DNA of 64,000 nucleotides from Octopus sinensis (lineage: Eukaryota). A program made the translations under genes and the position numbers. Position 1 is the stretch's first letter, and every line of letters starts with the position of its first letter. Where the stretch lies: NCBI RefSeq assembly GCF_006345805.1, contig NC_043016.1, positions 3,906,001 through 3,970,000 of the forward strand, written 5' to 3'. The notes under the pieces were generated by a model. That model ran no database searches. It was not told the origin of the DNA and worked only from the letters and a program-made list of their open reading frames with translations. Shown here piece by piece: positions 12,972 through 25,944 of this stretch.

Positions 12972-13580
12972 TACGTGGGCACAGGACGTCACGAAACGTG
13001 TACAAACAAAAAAAAAATACGAAGCACGCGAGTGCATGGAACAAGAACTATTTTTCGAACTATGAAAGACAAAAATGGAAAACAAAACAAACAATATAAA
13101 GAACAACCTCTCATCAGTTTTGGGCTGTTTTTCTAGTCTCGTATTTCGAACATTTAACAATAATATACACTTTCGATGAAACAGTTGCTCCTGCAAATTA
13201 AATAAAATTTGGGATTTTGCGGAGGGTCAAAATAGGTAACACAAACAGAACAGTGAAAACAAACAGGATGGACTGCTAAGCCTAAACGAAGTTGTGGTGG
13301 CGAACGCGTAAATCAAGCTAGTACAGGAACACGTCTTCCTTGTTCTAGCTACAATGGAGAGAAAGAAAGATATCCGATGGTTACGTGGGAGCCACGTGAG
13401 CTAGGGAGTAGCAGTGAGAGAGAGAGAGAGAGAGTGACAGAGTGACAGAGTAATAGGATAGAATAGTGTGAGAAGAGGAGGTAAAAGAATATGAGAGAGA
13501 AAAACGAAAGAGCAAAAAGATCGTATAGAGAGCGCATCCGAATTAAAATAAAACTTACTCGGAAGAAGATGCGTCGTGTT
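12970..13580 (-). mobile_element. Non-autonomous repeat carrying the permuted hammerhead (family copy 2)
   Basis: Shares flanks with 58855-59120 and 28685-28930 (caggac...gcatggaac...tcatcag...cctgc...ttaaataaaatt...gagggg). Confidence 0.65.
13107..13184 (-). ncRNA. Degenerate permuted hammerhead ribozyme
   Basis: Minus: CTGTTTC atcgaaag TGTA T A ttattg ttaaa TGTTC GAAA TACG agactag AAAAACAG c ccaaaa CTGATGA GAGG; stem I pairs only 4 of 6. Confidence 0.55.
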
Positions 13581-13723
13581 CAATCATAATAATATAATGT
13601 AATATATACGATATAATATAATATAATATAATACAATACAATATAATATAATATAATATAATATAATATAATATTATAATATATATATAATATAATATAA
13701 TATAATAAATATGATATAATATA

Positions 13724-13768
<45 letters not shown>

Positions 13769-14064
13769 GTATGTATGTATGTATATGTATAAACGCACAT
13801 TATATGGATTTAACAGTACGTTGGTGTTCATTGAAAACACTCTTTAATGGATCGATCACAAACCATGTAGTGAACTACACCGAAACAAATAAGTGTAATG
13901 TGTAAGTCCGATGCAGATGGAATCTAATAAATCGAATTGGTGATGAATGTTTCATGAGAAGTATATAAAATATAAAGAAAAACAAGTGAAATAAAATGAA
14001 TATATTCATCTTATAAATATATTCTCTCTCTCTCTATGCGTGTGTGTGTGTGTGTGTTTGCGTA

Positions 14065-14103
<39 letters not shown>

Positions 14104-17100
14104 ATACATACATACGCGCGTGCGCGTGCACACACACACAACACACATATATGCGTATATACATAAATCCCCAGCTGCAAAAAATAGCGAAACTGATACT
14201 TGATTCCAGATTATAATGCATTAAATGGATGGCCGATTAATAGTTATTGGTTAGAAGGTTACCCAATAATACGCCGTTGCAAGGTCATTTTAACTCCTAA
14301 AATAGCAGTCAAAATTTCCCGCATACCACATCTTACAGCAATAAAAAAAAAGAAACACAGCTGGTAAACATAGACATAGATACGAAAAAATAAAATGGCG
14401 AGACGGTCGCAACTGAAATATCTTTGATTATATGCCTTTACTTAGAATTAAACGGCATGTAACAACATTACGTTCACTTCGTCACTGCTGTTCACTTCGT
14501 CAGCATCGAGAACAATCCTACTCGTCAGCATTTCTACAACCACAATTACCACCAGCATCATCATAATCATTATCACTGTACTGCTGCTGCTGTTGCTGTT
14601 GATGCTGCTGCTGCTGCCCTTCTCTTCCTCCTGCTGCTCGTCATCGTTCCGTAACAACCTTAATTAGATTAAAACAAATATGACGATACGATTTGTATTA
14701 AAGAAAAACAGAAAATATTTCAGTCATAAATTTCCGAGATCTTTTTTATCGTTCATTGTCCCTATCTATAATATTTTTACCAGATACTTTTAAAGATTTA
14801 AGCAGCGATTCTGTTGACATAGATCACCACTAGTCTTACAGAATTGTAGTGATTAATATCTTTGTAATAATTGGTTAAGATATTTTACACTTGTAATTCA
14901 CAATTTTTTCTGTATATTCTGTTTTACTTTCTCGTCTTGAGGTATCTGAATTGTTTTCATGCTTAGACAAATAAGGAAACTATAGAAATAATGTGAAAAA
15001 CTTGACTAGCATAACTAAAAAAAAAATTGACACATGTGGATACAAAATCAAACGAAACTTTCTATAACATGACAGCATGAAAAATATGTAATAACAAAAT
15101 CTATGCTTTTATTTGTGAAAGATTATAAATTCTACTTATCCTACGTGTGTTCTAGTATCCATTAAAACCAATCCTACTAACAATTTGGCTAGCAGCGGCA
15201 CTACTGAAGGCATTGTCGTTATGTGGTGTATTTGGAGCCAATAAGCTTAGGAAGAGAGACGTGAGCGCAACACTAAAATCTAACGTGATGCCTATCAATG
15301 TTAAGGAGCTAACGTTAGTTTAAGTAGTGAGATTTCCTAACCTGAACTATTTATTTATAAGTAAAGAGTCGTCTAAATATGTTCCGATTCTCTGCGTTCG
15401 GGTTTCAAAGGCTGCCAAAGTCAGTTCTACATTTTTGCCCTTTTAGAGTCGAGAGATAAAGTAAGTACCAGTCCATGGTAGAGGATTAGTGGAAAGGTTA
15501 GAGCTAGATGTGATGACTTGCGTTATAAGTTCCAGCGTTTTGCGTTCTGGTGTGACGCTGGTGCGGGTGCGTGTCTGCGTCTTATAGAGAAAATTTCCAA
15601 CTGCACTTATTTGCTGGAAGGTGACTGGATCAGGTTATTTCAAGAATACAATCCTGTCATCAGAATACGTGATCATTGCCTAGTATTCTAGTCCACCCGT
15701 TCTGAAGACTTATAATAAAGTTTGCTTACATAAGCACAAGGCGAGACACTTTTTTTGGTGGTAAAGGATAATCGATTATATCAACATGATATGAGAGGAA
15801 AGATAAAAGCTAAAGATCTGAAATTCAGAATTAACTGGTTAAGAAGATGTAATTAAATATTAAAAAGCAATTAGTCTGCCGCTCTACTAATTTACTTTCA
15901 ATCAATAGAGAATTCGATACAGGCAAAGCTGGCAAAAAGCTGGAGTATTAATCTTATTGGCCAACGAGGTTGTTATTTAGCTTCAAACCAGAATTAATCG
16001 AGCAGACTTTTGATCTAAGGGGTTCCAGTCATGACCACACTCACTTCGTTTTCAGGCATGTTTTATCTAAAACCTTTTTGAAACTGGTAGAGTGTGATCT
16101 GAGGGAAAATTGAATTTCTCTATCTACTAGATTGAGCAACAGCTAAATAGCACCTTCGTTATTGTCAAACATATGCATTTAATGTGATCAGAATGTTAAC
16201 TATAAGCGAAGATCTGGCGCCCAGTCAGACAAATGGAAGAATATAGTTCTGTTCTTAAAATATTTTCAGCCGGGAAAAGAAAGAAGGTTAGTATTCCTTG
16301 AAGTTCTCTAAAGAGAAATTGTTAAACAGCAAAGTAGATATAAAACACGAAAAGAGGAACAGGAAAATCGCTTTACTTTCTCCAGTCAGACAGATACAAC
16401 TCTTTATTGTTTGATTGTTGTTGTTTTTTGTTGGTATTATATAGCCTCAGACAAGCCATGATTGAAAATAACCCAAGATCAAAGACATTACAGTCCTGAC
16501 AATTCCATATTTTTCTTACATGCACCTAGTTACGATTCTTCAGCGTAAAACGGTCAAGCGTCATTTGAAGGGAATTTGGCTGTTATTTCCAGTAGATCAA
16601 ATGACTGCGTGGAGTCATTATCAGTGGATCACTGCCCGTTCATTTTTCTGTTGTTGCTCTCCCGTTGGCTTGATGCAGCTTTCTCATTGGCTCACTGTTT
16701 TCACATTATTTAAATTTAAAGAAGACATTGGTAAGAAGGAAACAACTATTGAAATGTCTTTGTAGAATTGCAAATTTAGTGGAAAGTTTAAGACTAATTG
16801 ATGAGTAAACGTGTGTATACGTTTCGCTACGAAGGGGAAAGCAAAGTGAAGGGAAATATGTTGAAAAGATAAGAGAGGAACGCATTGGAAAACGGGTTAT
16901 TAATTGCAATCCATCAACACGTGCTGAGACCAGAGTGACCATAGAAGAAATTTCTGACCTCAGAAGATATTTTCGAGTAAATTCCATATGGTAAGAATTT
17001 GAAACATCATTCATGTATCATTTCACTTAACAAAACTTCTTCAATATCAGGAAATATACTCATACCCTCACTAATGTTTACAAATGAGGTGGTGGTGGGC

Positions 17101-17690
17101 TTTAGGTAGATATTTGACCTGCTAGAAATGGCAACCGCATTTCTCTTAAATCACATCAAAATAGAATACGTAAATCTGATAACTCGATTGTGATGTACTA
17201 CAGAGAAAGACGGGAAAGCCGTGGTGGGAATAGCTTTAATCATAGGTTTTCCTCATCAGGATTTATGTAGAACTAAACAACAACAACAACAAACTAACGA
17301 GAGCTGAGTAGATTATGTTCTTGGACAGACATCATATAGCCATTTAGGAGCAACAGAAAAGTAAGAGAGATCTAGAAAGAGAGATAGGTAGATAAAAATT
17401 GAGGAAGCAAGAAATACAAACCTAGAGAGAAAGCGATATAGAAAGAAAAAAAAAATGAGTGAAATAACTGAAGTGGTTGTACTTGATAAATCTTTTCATC
17501 GCTTTCGAATAGTAAGTGATAAGAATGATGAAACGGTAATCAGAGAGGAAAGTAAGCATTGCTTTTCATTCAGTATAGGTTTGGAGAGTGTAGAAGACGT
17601 GGAATTAATGAGGATGATAATGACGCTGGTGAGATGATTGATTCTCTAACGGCAAAGGGATATATCGCGTTGTAAAACTTTCTAAATGTT

Positions 17691-17733
<43 letters not shown>

Positions 17734-18085
17734 TTTATTGCTTTATTGTCCACAGAGGGGGAAAACAAGGACAGACAAAGGGATTAAGTCGATGATGATG
17801 ATGATGAAGATTTCTTTATTAACCACAAGGGTTTATATTAGGAAAAACATTCTGGACAGTACAGGACAAAACAAAGAATATGTGTGTGCTTGTATGTGAG
17901 TGAGTGTGTTGCTGTGAGGGTTTTTCCGTGTAAAAGAAAAAAAAAGAAAGATAGAAATCAACAATGATGATAATAAGAGGTATGAACAGGAACCTAGTAA
18001 AGTGCTAGAAAGAAAGAAATATAAAACATGGGATATTAAGTTTCAGACTGACAGAAAAATAGAAACTAGAAAGTCTGATTTAGTG

Positions 18086-18140
<55 letters not shown>

Positions 18141-18189
18141 ACAGAATAGAAGTGCCAGGCAATTGACTTTATAGTCCCAAATGATGAGG

Positions 18190-18406
18190 AAGTCAATATA
18201 AGAGGTATAGAGAAAAGTACCAGGAACCAGGCATTGCGTTGCAGGGACAATGGAAAGTGCAGGTAAAATGTATCCCTGATGTTATAGGTGTATTAGGAAC
18301 TCTACCCATAACGATTTGAGTAAATGAACAGACGAAATAGGCATGAAACCTAGTTTAGTGCGGCTCCAGAAAACAATATTAATAGCAACAACTAGGATAC
18401 TTTAAT
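18190..18406 (+). mobile_element. R4/Dong-type non-LTR retrotransposon C-terminal fragment
   Basis: Manual translation KYQEPGIALQGQWKVQVKCIPDVIGVLGTLP...VRLQKTILIATTRIL*, typical of the end of restriction-like endonuclease ORFs. Confidence 0.65.
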
Positions 18407-19662
18407 AGTAATAATGATTTTCCAGTTTCATCAGTTAATTTTCTGAATGATAAAAAAAAACAGCAACTTAAGTTACTTTTATGATATTACTACTAAAGTT
18501 AAATAGTTGTGGTTGTAGGAATTCTATCTATTATAGCTGTTATTGTTGTTCTTTTGCTGCTATTCCTCCTCCTGCTGCTGTTCGTTTTTTGTCGTAATGG
18601 TAGAAGTCGTTATTGTAGTTGGTGTTGTCAATAATTTTGCTGTTATCGAGGCTGCCGTTACCATCGTTGCCGCTGTCATAATCGTCATTGTTGTCTTTCT
18701 GCCGTCCGTATTTCAATTTTTACCACACTGAAAATATTTGTTTTGACATAAAAACTGTCTAGTAATAATAGCAGTAGCAGTACTTTCATTAACATTAATA
18801 GTTCCTGCAATAATGGTAGAAATATTTGTAGATTAAAATTTGAAGCTTTGATGTATTTAATATTGGAGACAGTGATTACGGCAGTGTTAATGTCCCCCTC
18901 CCCACAAATTTTGGGCGTTGTGCCTAGAGTAGAGAGAATATTTACCTTCTCCTTTCCGTTCTGTCGAAGTCAGTATTGCTTTTCATTCTTTCAGTGTCCC
19001 CGACACCCCAAAATGTAATTGAAACAATCAAGTACTGCCGTCTGTTTAATCGACATCAAATGAAGATATATATATAATACAAACTGAAGATACCTTTAGT
19101 TTTCTCTTCGAGATCATTGGCGCCGCGAAGAGAGAATTAATTCCTGCTTTGGGAATAACTGCTAATCCCATGCAAAGTTTCCTTGGCCTGTTTCTTGGAG
19201 AGGACACTCCAAAATAATTTCACAATGAGCACCTAATATAGACTGAAGTAAAATTTACCAAAACAAAGTCCATGATTTCACAAAATAGATGCTGGAGCAG
19301 AGGTGATATTGTTGTTTATCTTCTGCCCTAGATTAACCTTAAGTGAGAAGACACATACTAGCCCTTGACTACATATATTATTTCAGGATATCTAGAACAA
19401 CATTAATTAATGTCTGCTTACCTTTTTTTTTTTTTAAGACGAAATTTGGCTGGATATTTAAGCAAGAGGGACGACTCTATAAAAGCTTTCGTAGGTACTT
19501 GTTGATTGTTTGCTGTTTCAAGATCTCAAAATCCAGCTTTATTAGTACAAACATCAACAGTAAAACCTTACCATCTACACTTCATATTCCCTTTAGGAAA
19601 AACAATTTTTTTTACACTTTAAACTAGTACCCCACCATCCCTCACTCTCTCTCTCTCCCTCT

Positions 19663-19762
19663 NNNNNNNNNNNNNNNNNNNNNNNNNNNNNNNNNNNNNN
19701 NNNNNNNNNNNNNNNNNNNNNNNNNNNNNNNNNNNNNNNNNNNNNNNNNNNNNNNNNNNNNN
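19663..19762. other. Assembly gap (100 N)
   Basis: Run of n. Confidence 1.
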
Positions 19763-21672
19763 TGAGCTAAGAGCTCCGTTGAATAATTAAAGACACGACG
19801 AATGGTGGTGGGTAGGACAAACGAATGTCGGAAAGCATTCGAGGAATTAAAAAGAGGTTGACATCAGAGTTACCATTAACTCATTTCAACTCATACCTGA
19901 AAATAATTGACATCGGATCCCAGAGAATATGGTATAGCTGAAATACTGCACAATTTTAATGATAGTAAAATCAAAGTTATTGCACATGCATCAAGAGCTT
20001 TCCTAATAGCAGAAAAAAAAACTACAGCCAGATTGAAAAGGAGGCTTTATCATTAATCTTCACAGTATAGAGATTCCATAAATTCCTACACTGCGAACTG
20101 ATCACCGACCGTTACCTTCTATTTTCGGTTCGAAAAAGGGTATCCCCACGCATTCAGCAAACTGCTTACAGCACTGGTGGACTACCCTGTTGAACTATGA
20201 TATTCAGATGGAGTTTTGCCATCAAAGAAAATGGGATAAGCAGACGGGTTGTCTAGGCTAATTCCAAAATATAAGGAACCTTTTGAAGACACGGTGATTG
20301 CGCCGTTAAAACTAGAAATAGAACTGAGGAACATTTTGTGCAATGTAGTATGTGATTTGCTAGTAACGCTAGAAGAAATTAAATTAGCATAAAAAAAAAA
20401 GATATGTTCATAAACAAGATTTTAAAAATACTGTTGGAAAATAATACGAAAAATAATATAAATGAGCGGAATGCAGGTTCAAAGCATTATTCAGTATGTG
20501 ATGATGTATTATTATATGCACAAAGGGTGGTAATACCTGAAGCACTGCAAAACAGACTATTGAAAGGCTTCTATGTAGGACATCCGGAGATTGCCTGGAT
20601 GAAAAGCCTCATGCGAAGATACGTGTATTGGCCAAATATGTACAAATTGAGAGACGGCTAAAACAATGTAGGGGATGCGCTATGGCAGCAAACGCACCCC
20701 CAGTGCAGATATAGCCATGGCCAAAAGCGGATTCAGCATGGTCTAGACTGCATGCAGATTTCGCAGGACCAATAAATGGCTCATCGTGGTGGATAGCTAT
20801 TCCAAATGGCTCCGCATACCACCCAAGGTCAAATGGGTTAGCGGAAAGATTCACCGACACATTCAAGAGAGCCTAAAGAAAGACCAGACAGGAAGCTTTT
20901 GAAGATAGAAATATGTCAAAGTTCTTACGGTGTACAGAATAATACCGAATCCAAATACAGAGTCGGGTAGGTCACATGCAGATTTGATGTTCTGTGTTTG
21001 ACAAACTGTTGCCGAGTAGGAAACAGAAAATACAAAATGCAGGAAGTAGAACGAATTTTTTTAGCACAGGTGAAGAAGTGTATTTTAAAATATATGAAAA
21101 CGGAAAACAGGACAGGGAACAAGGTAATATAATTGGACGCCTGGGTAATGTGATGTATATGGTAAAAGGACCAAAATATGAACATAAAAGCATTTTAACC
21201 AATTAAAGAAAAGATATACCAAGAATCAAGAAAGGCCAGATGAGCCAATGGCTATATGGTATGACATGTTTGAGGTCCCAGAATCGCAAGTGAAAGCAGA
21301 ACTGACACATAGGACGAACAGGAAAAGAAAACATACAGAGATTATGGAAATTAATGCCAAGAGAAAGAGATATATCAGATTCTCACCAAGGAAACAAAAT
21401 TATGATAACAATAAAAGAATAAATAAATAAATGAAACAAAAGGTACAAAGCCAATCTCAAAAGTGGGAGGTGTTGTGTAGAAGTAGAACACTATTTGGTT
21501 GGCACAATATAAATGGACATGCGCAGAGAGTGTGGTGAGAGAGTCGGTGAGACGTGTAGAGCCGAGAGTTGCGTATTGTCGAGTGCAATTACAAGTATTG
21601 TGTATCTTGAGTAGAACGATTTGCGAGGACGTTACTATTATCCCGTTATATCGGCGAACGAGCGATACAACA
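19763..21672 (+). mobile_element. Ty3/Gypsy LTR retrotransposon 3' half (decayed RNase H and integrase), PPT and 3' LTR
   Basis: Fragments YSQIEKEAL, GHPEIAWMKSLMRRYVYWP, WSRLHADFAGP, PYHPRSNGLAERF with many stops and frameshifts; PPT aaaagtgggagg at 21459-21470. Confidence 0.9.
21471..21672 (+). repeat. Gypsy 3' LTR (~200 bp)
   Basis: Starts TGTTGT immediately after the PPT and ends ACAACA (6-bp inverted termini). Confidence 0.75.
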
Positions 21673-21852
21673 TGGATCTACGCAGGATTGCACCTTAGGA
21701 CTTATTCTCTTGCTTCTATAACTTCGGAAAGTTGAATCATGAACTTTTGTGCTTCTTTTTTCTTTCCATCTCCTTATTCTTTCCCTCCCTTCCTCTATGT
21801 CATTATCTCATTAATATATACCAGTCTCTTTTTCTCTAATTTCCCCTATTTT

Positions 21853-21906
21853 TCTCTGATGACGGATACCTCATACTCGGGGATATCCCTGGAAACAGCT
21901 GTAAGA
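21853..21906 (+). ncRNA. Minimal type I hammerhead ribozyme (Penelope-type)
   Basis: tct CTGATGA cGGATA...TATCCctg GAAA CAGCTG TA aga; GUA triplet, palindromic stem III; stem II base imperfect. Confidence 0.7.
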
Positions 21907-21981
21907 CTGTGAATTTTTTCCTATAATAATATTGTATACGACTCGAGATATTTGCCTTAATGATTGTTGTGCTCTTTAACA

Positions 21982-22056
<75 letters not shown>

Positions 22057-22193
22057 ATTTCTCCCTTATTATTTAATTATGTATATATATATATAATTAA
22101 ATAATAAGGTAGAAATTGATGTTAATCAATTAAAACAGTGGCTTAGCATACTTAAAAATCCGAAGATTAAAAATTGTGTTACATACAAAATTT

Positions 22194-22297
22194 AGAGGAA
22201 TGACCACTAAAGTGGACACCCTATATGCTAAACATAGGCATTAAATTTGACGTCTATGTTTAGCATATAGGGTGTCCACTTTAGTGGTCATTCCTCT
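22194..22297. repeat. 44-bp perfect inverted repeat, 16-bp spacer (pLTR-like inversion)
   Basis: agaggaatgaccactaaagtggacaccctatatgctaaacatag / ctatgtttagcatatagggtgtccactttagtggtcattcctct. Confidence 0.9.
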
Positions 22298-22941
22298 TAA
22301 TTTTGAATATATATATATCTTCTTTTATATATATATATATATATATCTTTTTCAATAGATCTGGGCTAAGTAATGTGCATGAGTGAATTTTGCAGAGGAA
22401 AATTGTGCAGAAGATTATCGCATATATATATGTGGATCCGAGGTTGTTATAGAAGGTTGCACAAGCATGCAGCTTAAGTGCTCTGTTTCTTATATCGTGA
22501 ACAGCTGTGAGGTAATGAATCACATTACGTAACTCCTATTCATTTGTTATTCACTAATTGGCATATATATATATATGGGTGTGTGTGTGTTTGTATAAAC
22601 GAAGATCTATGAATGTGTGTGCGTATGTGCGCGCGCGCCTCTGCGTTTGTCTGTCTCTCATCGTAACTTGATTTTACGTGACACTGCTTGGCAACTGGCG
22701 TTTATATGTTTATGTCCTCGTCATTTGCCGATTTGGTCAAATAGAGGCAGACAGAATAAGTACCAGAATGAAAAAAAAAGTAGTACAAGGCATTGGCCAA
22801 ATATGGCGGCTGTCTAGAGTCAAACAGACAAACGAATAGAAATGTTAAATAGAACATATAGGAGAGAGAGAGTGAATGAGTGTGTGTGTGTGTATGTGTG
22901 GGGGGGCGTGTGTGTGTGCGTGTGTGTGTTTGTGTGTGTGA

Positions 22942-22986
<45 letters not shown>

Positions 22987-23088
22987 TGAGTGTGCTTTTT
23001 TGTGTGTGTGAGTATGCTTTTGTGTGTGTGTGTGAGTGTGTTTTGTGCGTGTGTATTCGCACGTGAATATATAGAAATATATGTGTTC

Positions 23089-23128
<40 letters not shown>

Positions 23129-23305
23129 GAGTGACAAATTTATTTATCACACTGAAACAGATCTTCGGTATACATTACCGACATTCACACAGTCACACAT
23201 TAAGATATTGGGACCGACGTACCCATGTCCAACTGGCGAAACACATTATGTGTCAATCGCCATCTGGATGTCAAAATAAATATAATTCGAAAATATACAT
23301 TATGG

Positions 23306-25678
23306 CAGTGGTTTCCACCAACTTCTGGCCATACCCCGCCAAATCATATCTAAAGTTCTGATGTACCCTTGTGATATTTAATTTTTGTTATTCAAAATTT
23401 TACTACAATTTACTTGGAGGAAGCTTAAAAGGCTATTAACTTGGTCTCTAAACAAGCTTCCAGAGAACATGGCATTCATGAAAGAGAAAAAATAGAAAAC
23501 GGAAGGACAGTTAAATAAAGTTTCAAAAACATAATGGAGAACTGAAATGCAGAAATATAAATATTTGAATATAAAATAAGTAAACTAAGTTAGTGAGATC
23601 CTTGTGTTTCATGCCTGCTACTGAGAGATTTTATATTAGGCACCAATTTAGTCAGCTTTAGTCTCAAGTCTCCTCCTTTAGTGATATCCAGTCGATTTTT
23701 TCTTCAATAACAAATCATTTACAGCACTAAAGCCACATTCAGCTAAATATGAAGATGGAAAACGGTAGGTACAACAATTTTCTTGCAAAGTTGGTTGAGT
23801 TTGGGTATTTGGTTTCTGTCCTCACAAAAGCCATGACATCACTCTTTTATATGAATAAAGTTTTCACTGACTCATCATTTTCCATTTCCGAGAGTTTTAT
23901 TGGTACTCTATCAGATATATCCACTAGCATTGGCTGCATCACCCATGGTAGAAAATCAATTTGTTTTAAATCCATCAGAAAATCTTTCTTTCAAATCAGA
24001 GGCCAATATTTTCAGATTATCCACATTGACAAGTACACTAATATCGGTCACCTCACGTTTTTTTATCCAATAAAACTGATCGAAAATATTTTTTTGACAT
24101 ACCTCAATCCAGTTAAAACATTCAGTTTTTCAAAGATATCTCTTAAATAACTCACAAATGCTTTACCATCAACGGTTAGCAGACGATTCATTTCAGTCAC
24201 GTCTCTTAAAAAGTCACTAACGAAATCAAATAGTTCCATAAATCTTTTCAAGCAATTCCCCTTTGAGATCCACCTTACCATAGTCTGCTGCTTGAAAAGA
24301 CGCTCTCATTTCGCATTAGCTTTGATAGAATTGATACATTTCATAACTGATTTTAGTACCTCTTTGAGAACAGGGGACATATTTTAGGATACTAAGTTCT
24401 CTCTAAGAATAACACAGCGCACACAGGAAGCATTTCTGGATTCTCATCTTTCATCAATTTTAAGCAGCCTTTTTTCTTGCCCATCATAACAGGAGCACCA
24501 TCTGCAGCACAAGATGTTATGTTCTCTATCGGTATATTGTTGACATCCAAGTAATTTTTTAACTTATCTTATATATATCAGTGGTGGTGGCGGTGGTGGT
24601 GGATTCTAATGATTTGCAGAATATCATTTCTTCAACAAATTCACTTTCATCAATATATTTTACATAGGTTAGCTATACGATTTCCGCTATCTCTTAGAGT
24701 TGATTCATCCATTTGTAACGAGAATTTTCTTGATTTCAGCTTTTAACATGTTGTGTTACAATATCTTCACTCATTTCATCTATTCTTTGACTAACAGTAT
24801 TGTTACTGAGTGGCATGGCTTGAACCACTTTGTCATCTTTTTCCAGGACTGTTTTAAAAAATGCTGATATTGATAGTTTAATTAAATCCTCTCCAATAGT
24901 ATGATTGTTTTCACATTTAGCAATGAATAATGACATTTTATAACTAGCCTCAAGAGTACGACGGGCGTTAACAGATTGTGTAATAAACAGAGACATTATT
25001 GTTGTTCTTTTTGCAAACTTCTCCTTCAAAGACTTAAAGTAATTCAAATCTGAGCTTTCATACGCACTATGTTTCGTCTTCAAATGCAGCTCAAGACGAT
25101 TTGGTTTCATTGATTCGTTGGTCAAGCATTGTTGGCACAAGAGGCAGAAAGGTGACCGTTCATTGTGGATAGTGGGTATAAATCCAAATTTTAAATATTC
25201 CTCTGAATATTGACAAACTTTTTTACTTGCCTGACTCATTTGATAAATCTTTCCAAATACTTGGTTGTATTAATATGGCTCGTCAGTTATTTTTTCAAAT
25301 ATTAAATTAGGACATAAAGGGTTTATATTACAAGTAATTAGAATAAACCTGAAAAATAATTGAATAGTTAAAAATTATTTAAAGAAATATTCAAAACAAA
25401 AAAATTTGAATAAGGAATATAAATGCCAACAAAATGTATACCTCCATACTGTTTATACGCCGTATCTATTAAGACATACATATACGTGTAGAGACTCACT
25501 AGAAACCAATTCACTGTCGAATTGTCGAATTGGCCCCTTTGTTTTTGGTATAGTAAACAGAAGGGTGCTCTTTCATTGTGTACAAGAGGTATAAAAATAA
25601 CATAACCCTACGCATGTCCTCACCAAAATATTACCATGCCCCACCGGTGGAGCAAGCGTCCCATGTTGGGAATCACAA
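23306..25678 (-). mobile_element. hAT (Buster/Charlie) DNA transposon
   Basis: TIR-like ends cagtggtttccaccaac / gttgggaatcacaa; 8-bp TSD cattatgg (23298-23305) / cattatag (25679-25686) with central TA. Confidence 0.9.
23590..25239 (-). pseudogene. Disrupted Buster/SCAND3/ZBED8-like hAT transposase
   Basis: QYSEEYLKFGF...CLLCQQCLTNESMKPNRLELHLKTKH (BED finger), PLSNNTVSQRIDEMSED, VRWISKG, C-terminal GDLRLKLTKLVPNI...GSH*; stops and frameshifts. Confidence 0.9.
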
Positions 25679-25944
25679 CATTATAGGAAGGAACCGAAAA
25701 TTTCTAAGAAAGATTAAAAAATCTCTTACTGGATCACAATCAGTCAACATTGCAAATAAATAACCGGAATCATAAATATTGACAATAAAATAACTTTAAA
25801 ATTACTACATGAGATGAGTTGAACGAAATAGCGAAATAAAAGTTCTCAATTGAACTAGAAATATTCTATGTGTAAATAATTTACAATGAACTCAATAAAA
25901 GTATAAAATATCATTTAGTATTAATTGACTAAATATTTGATATA

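Noticed and set aside
14448-14660. Low-complexity ORF (also 2721..3023 and 18543..18731)
   Set aside because: Mixed trinucleotide simple repeats with no splice or domain support.
16700-17030. RTE LINE C-terminal remnant
   Set aside because: Only a vague resemblance (REERIGKRVI); too degenerate to support.
24736-25239. Domesticated ZBED8/SCAND3-like host gene
   Set aside because: The ORF is broken by stops and frameshifts and enclosed by TIRs and a TSD.
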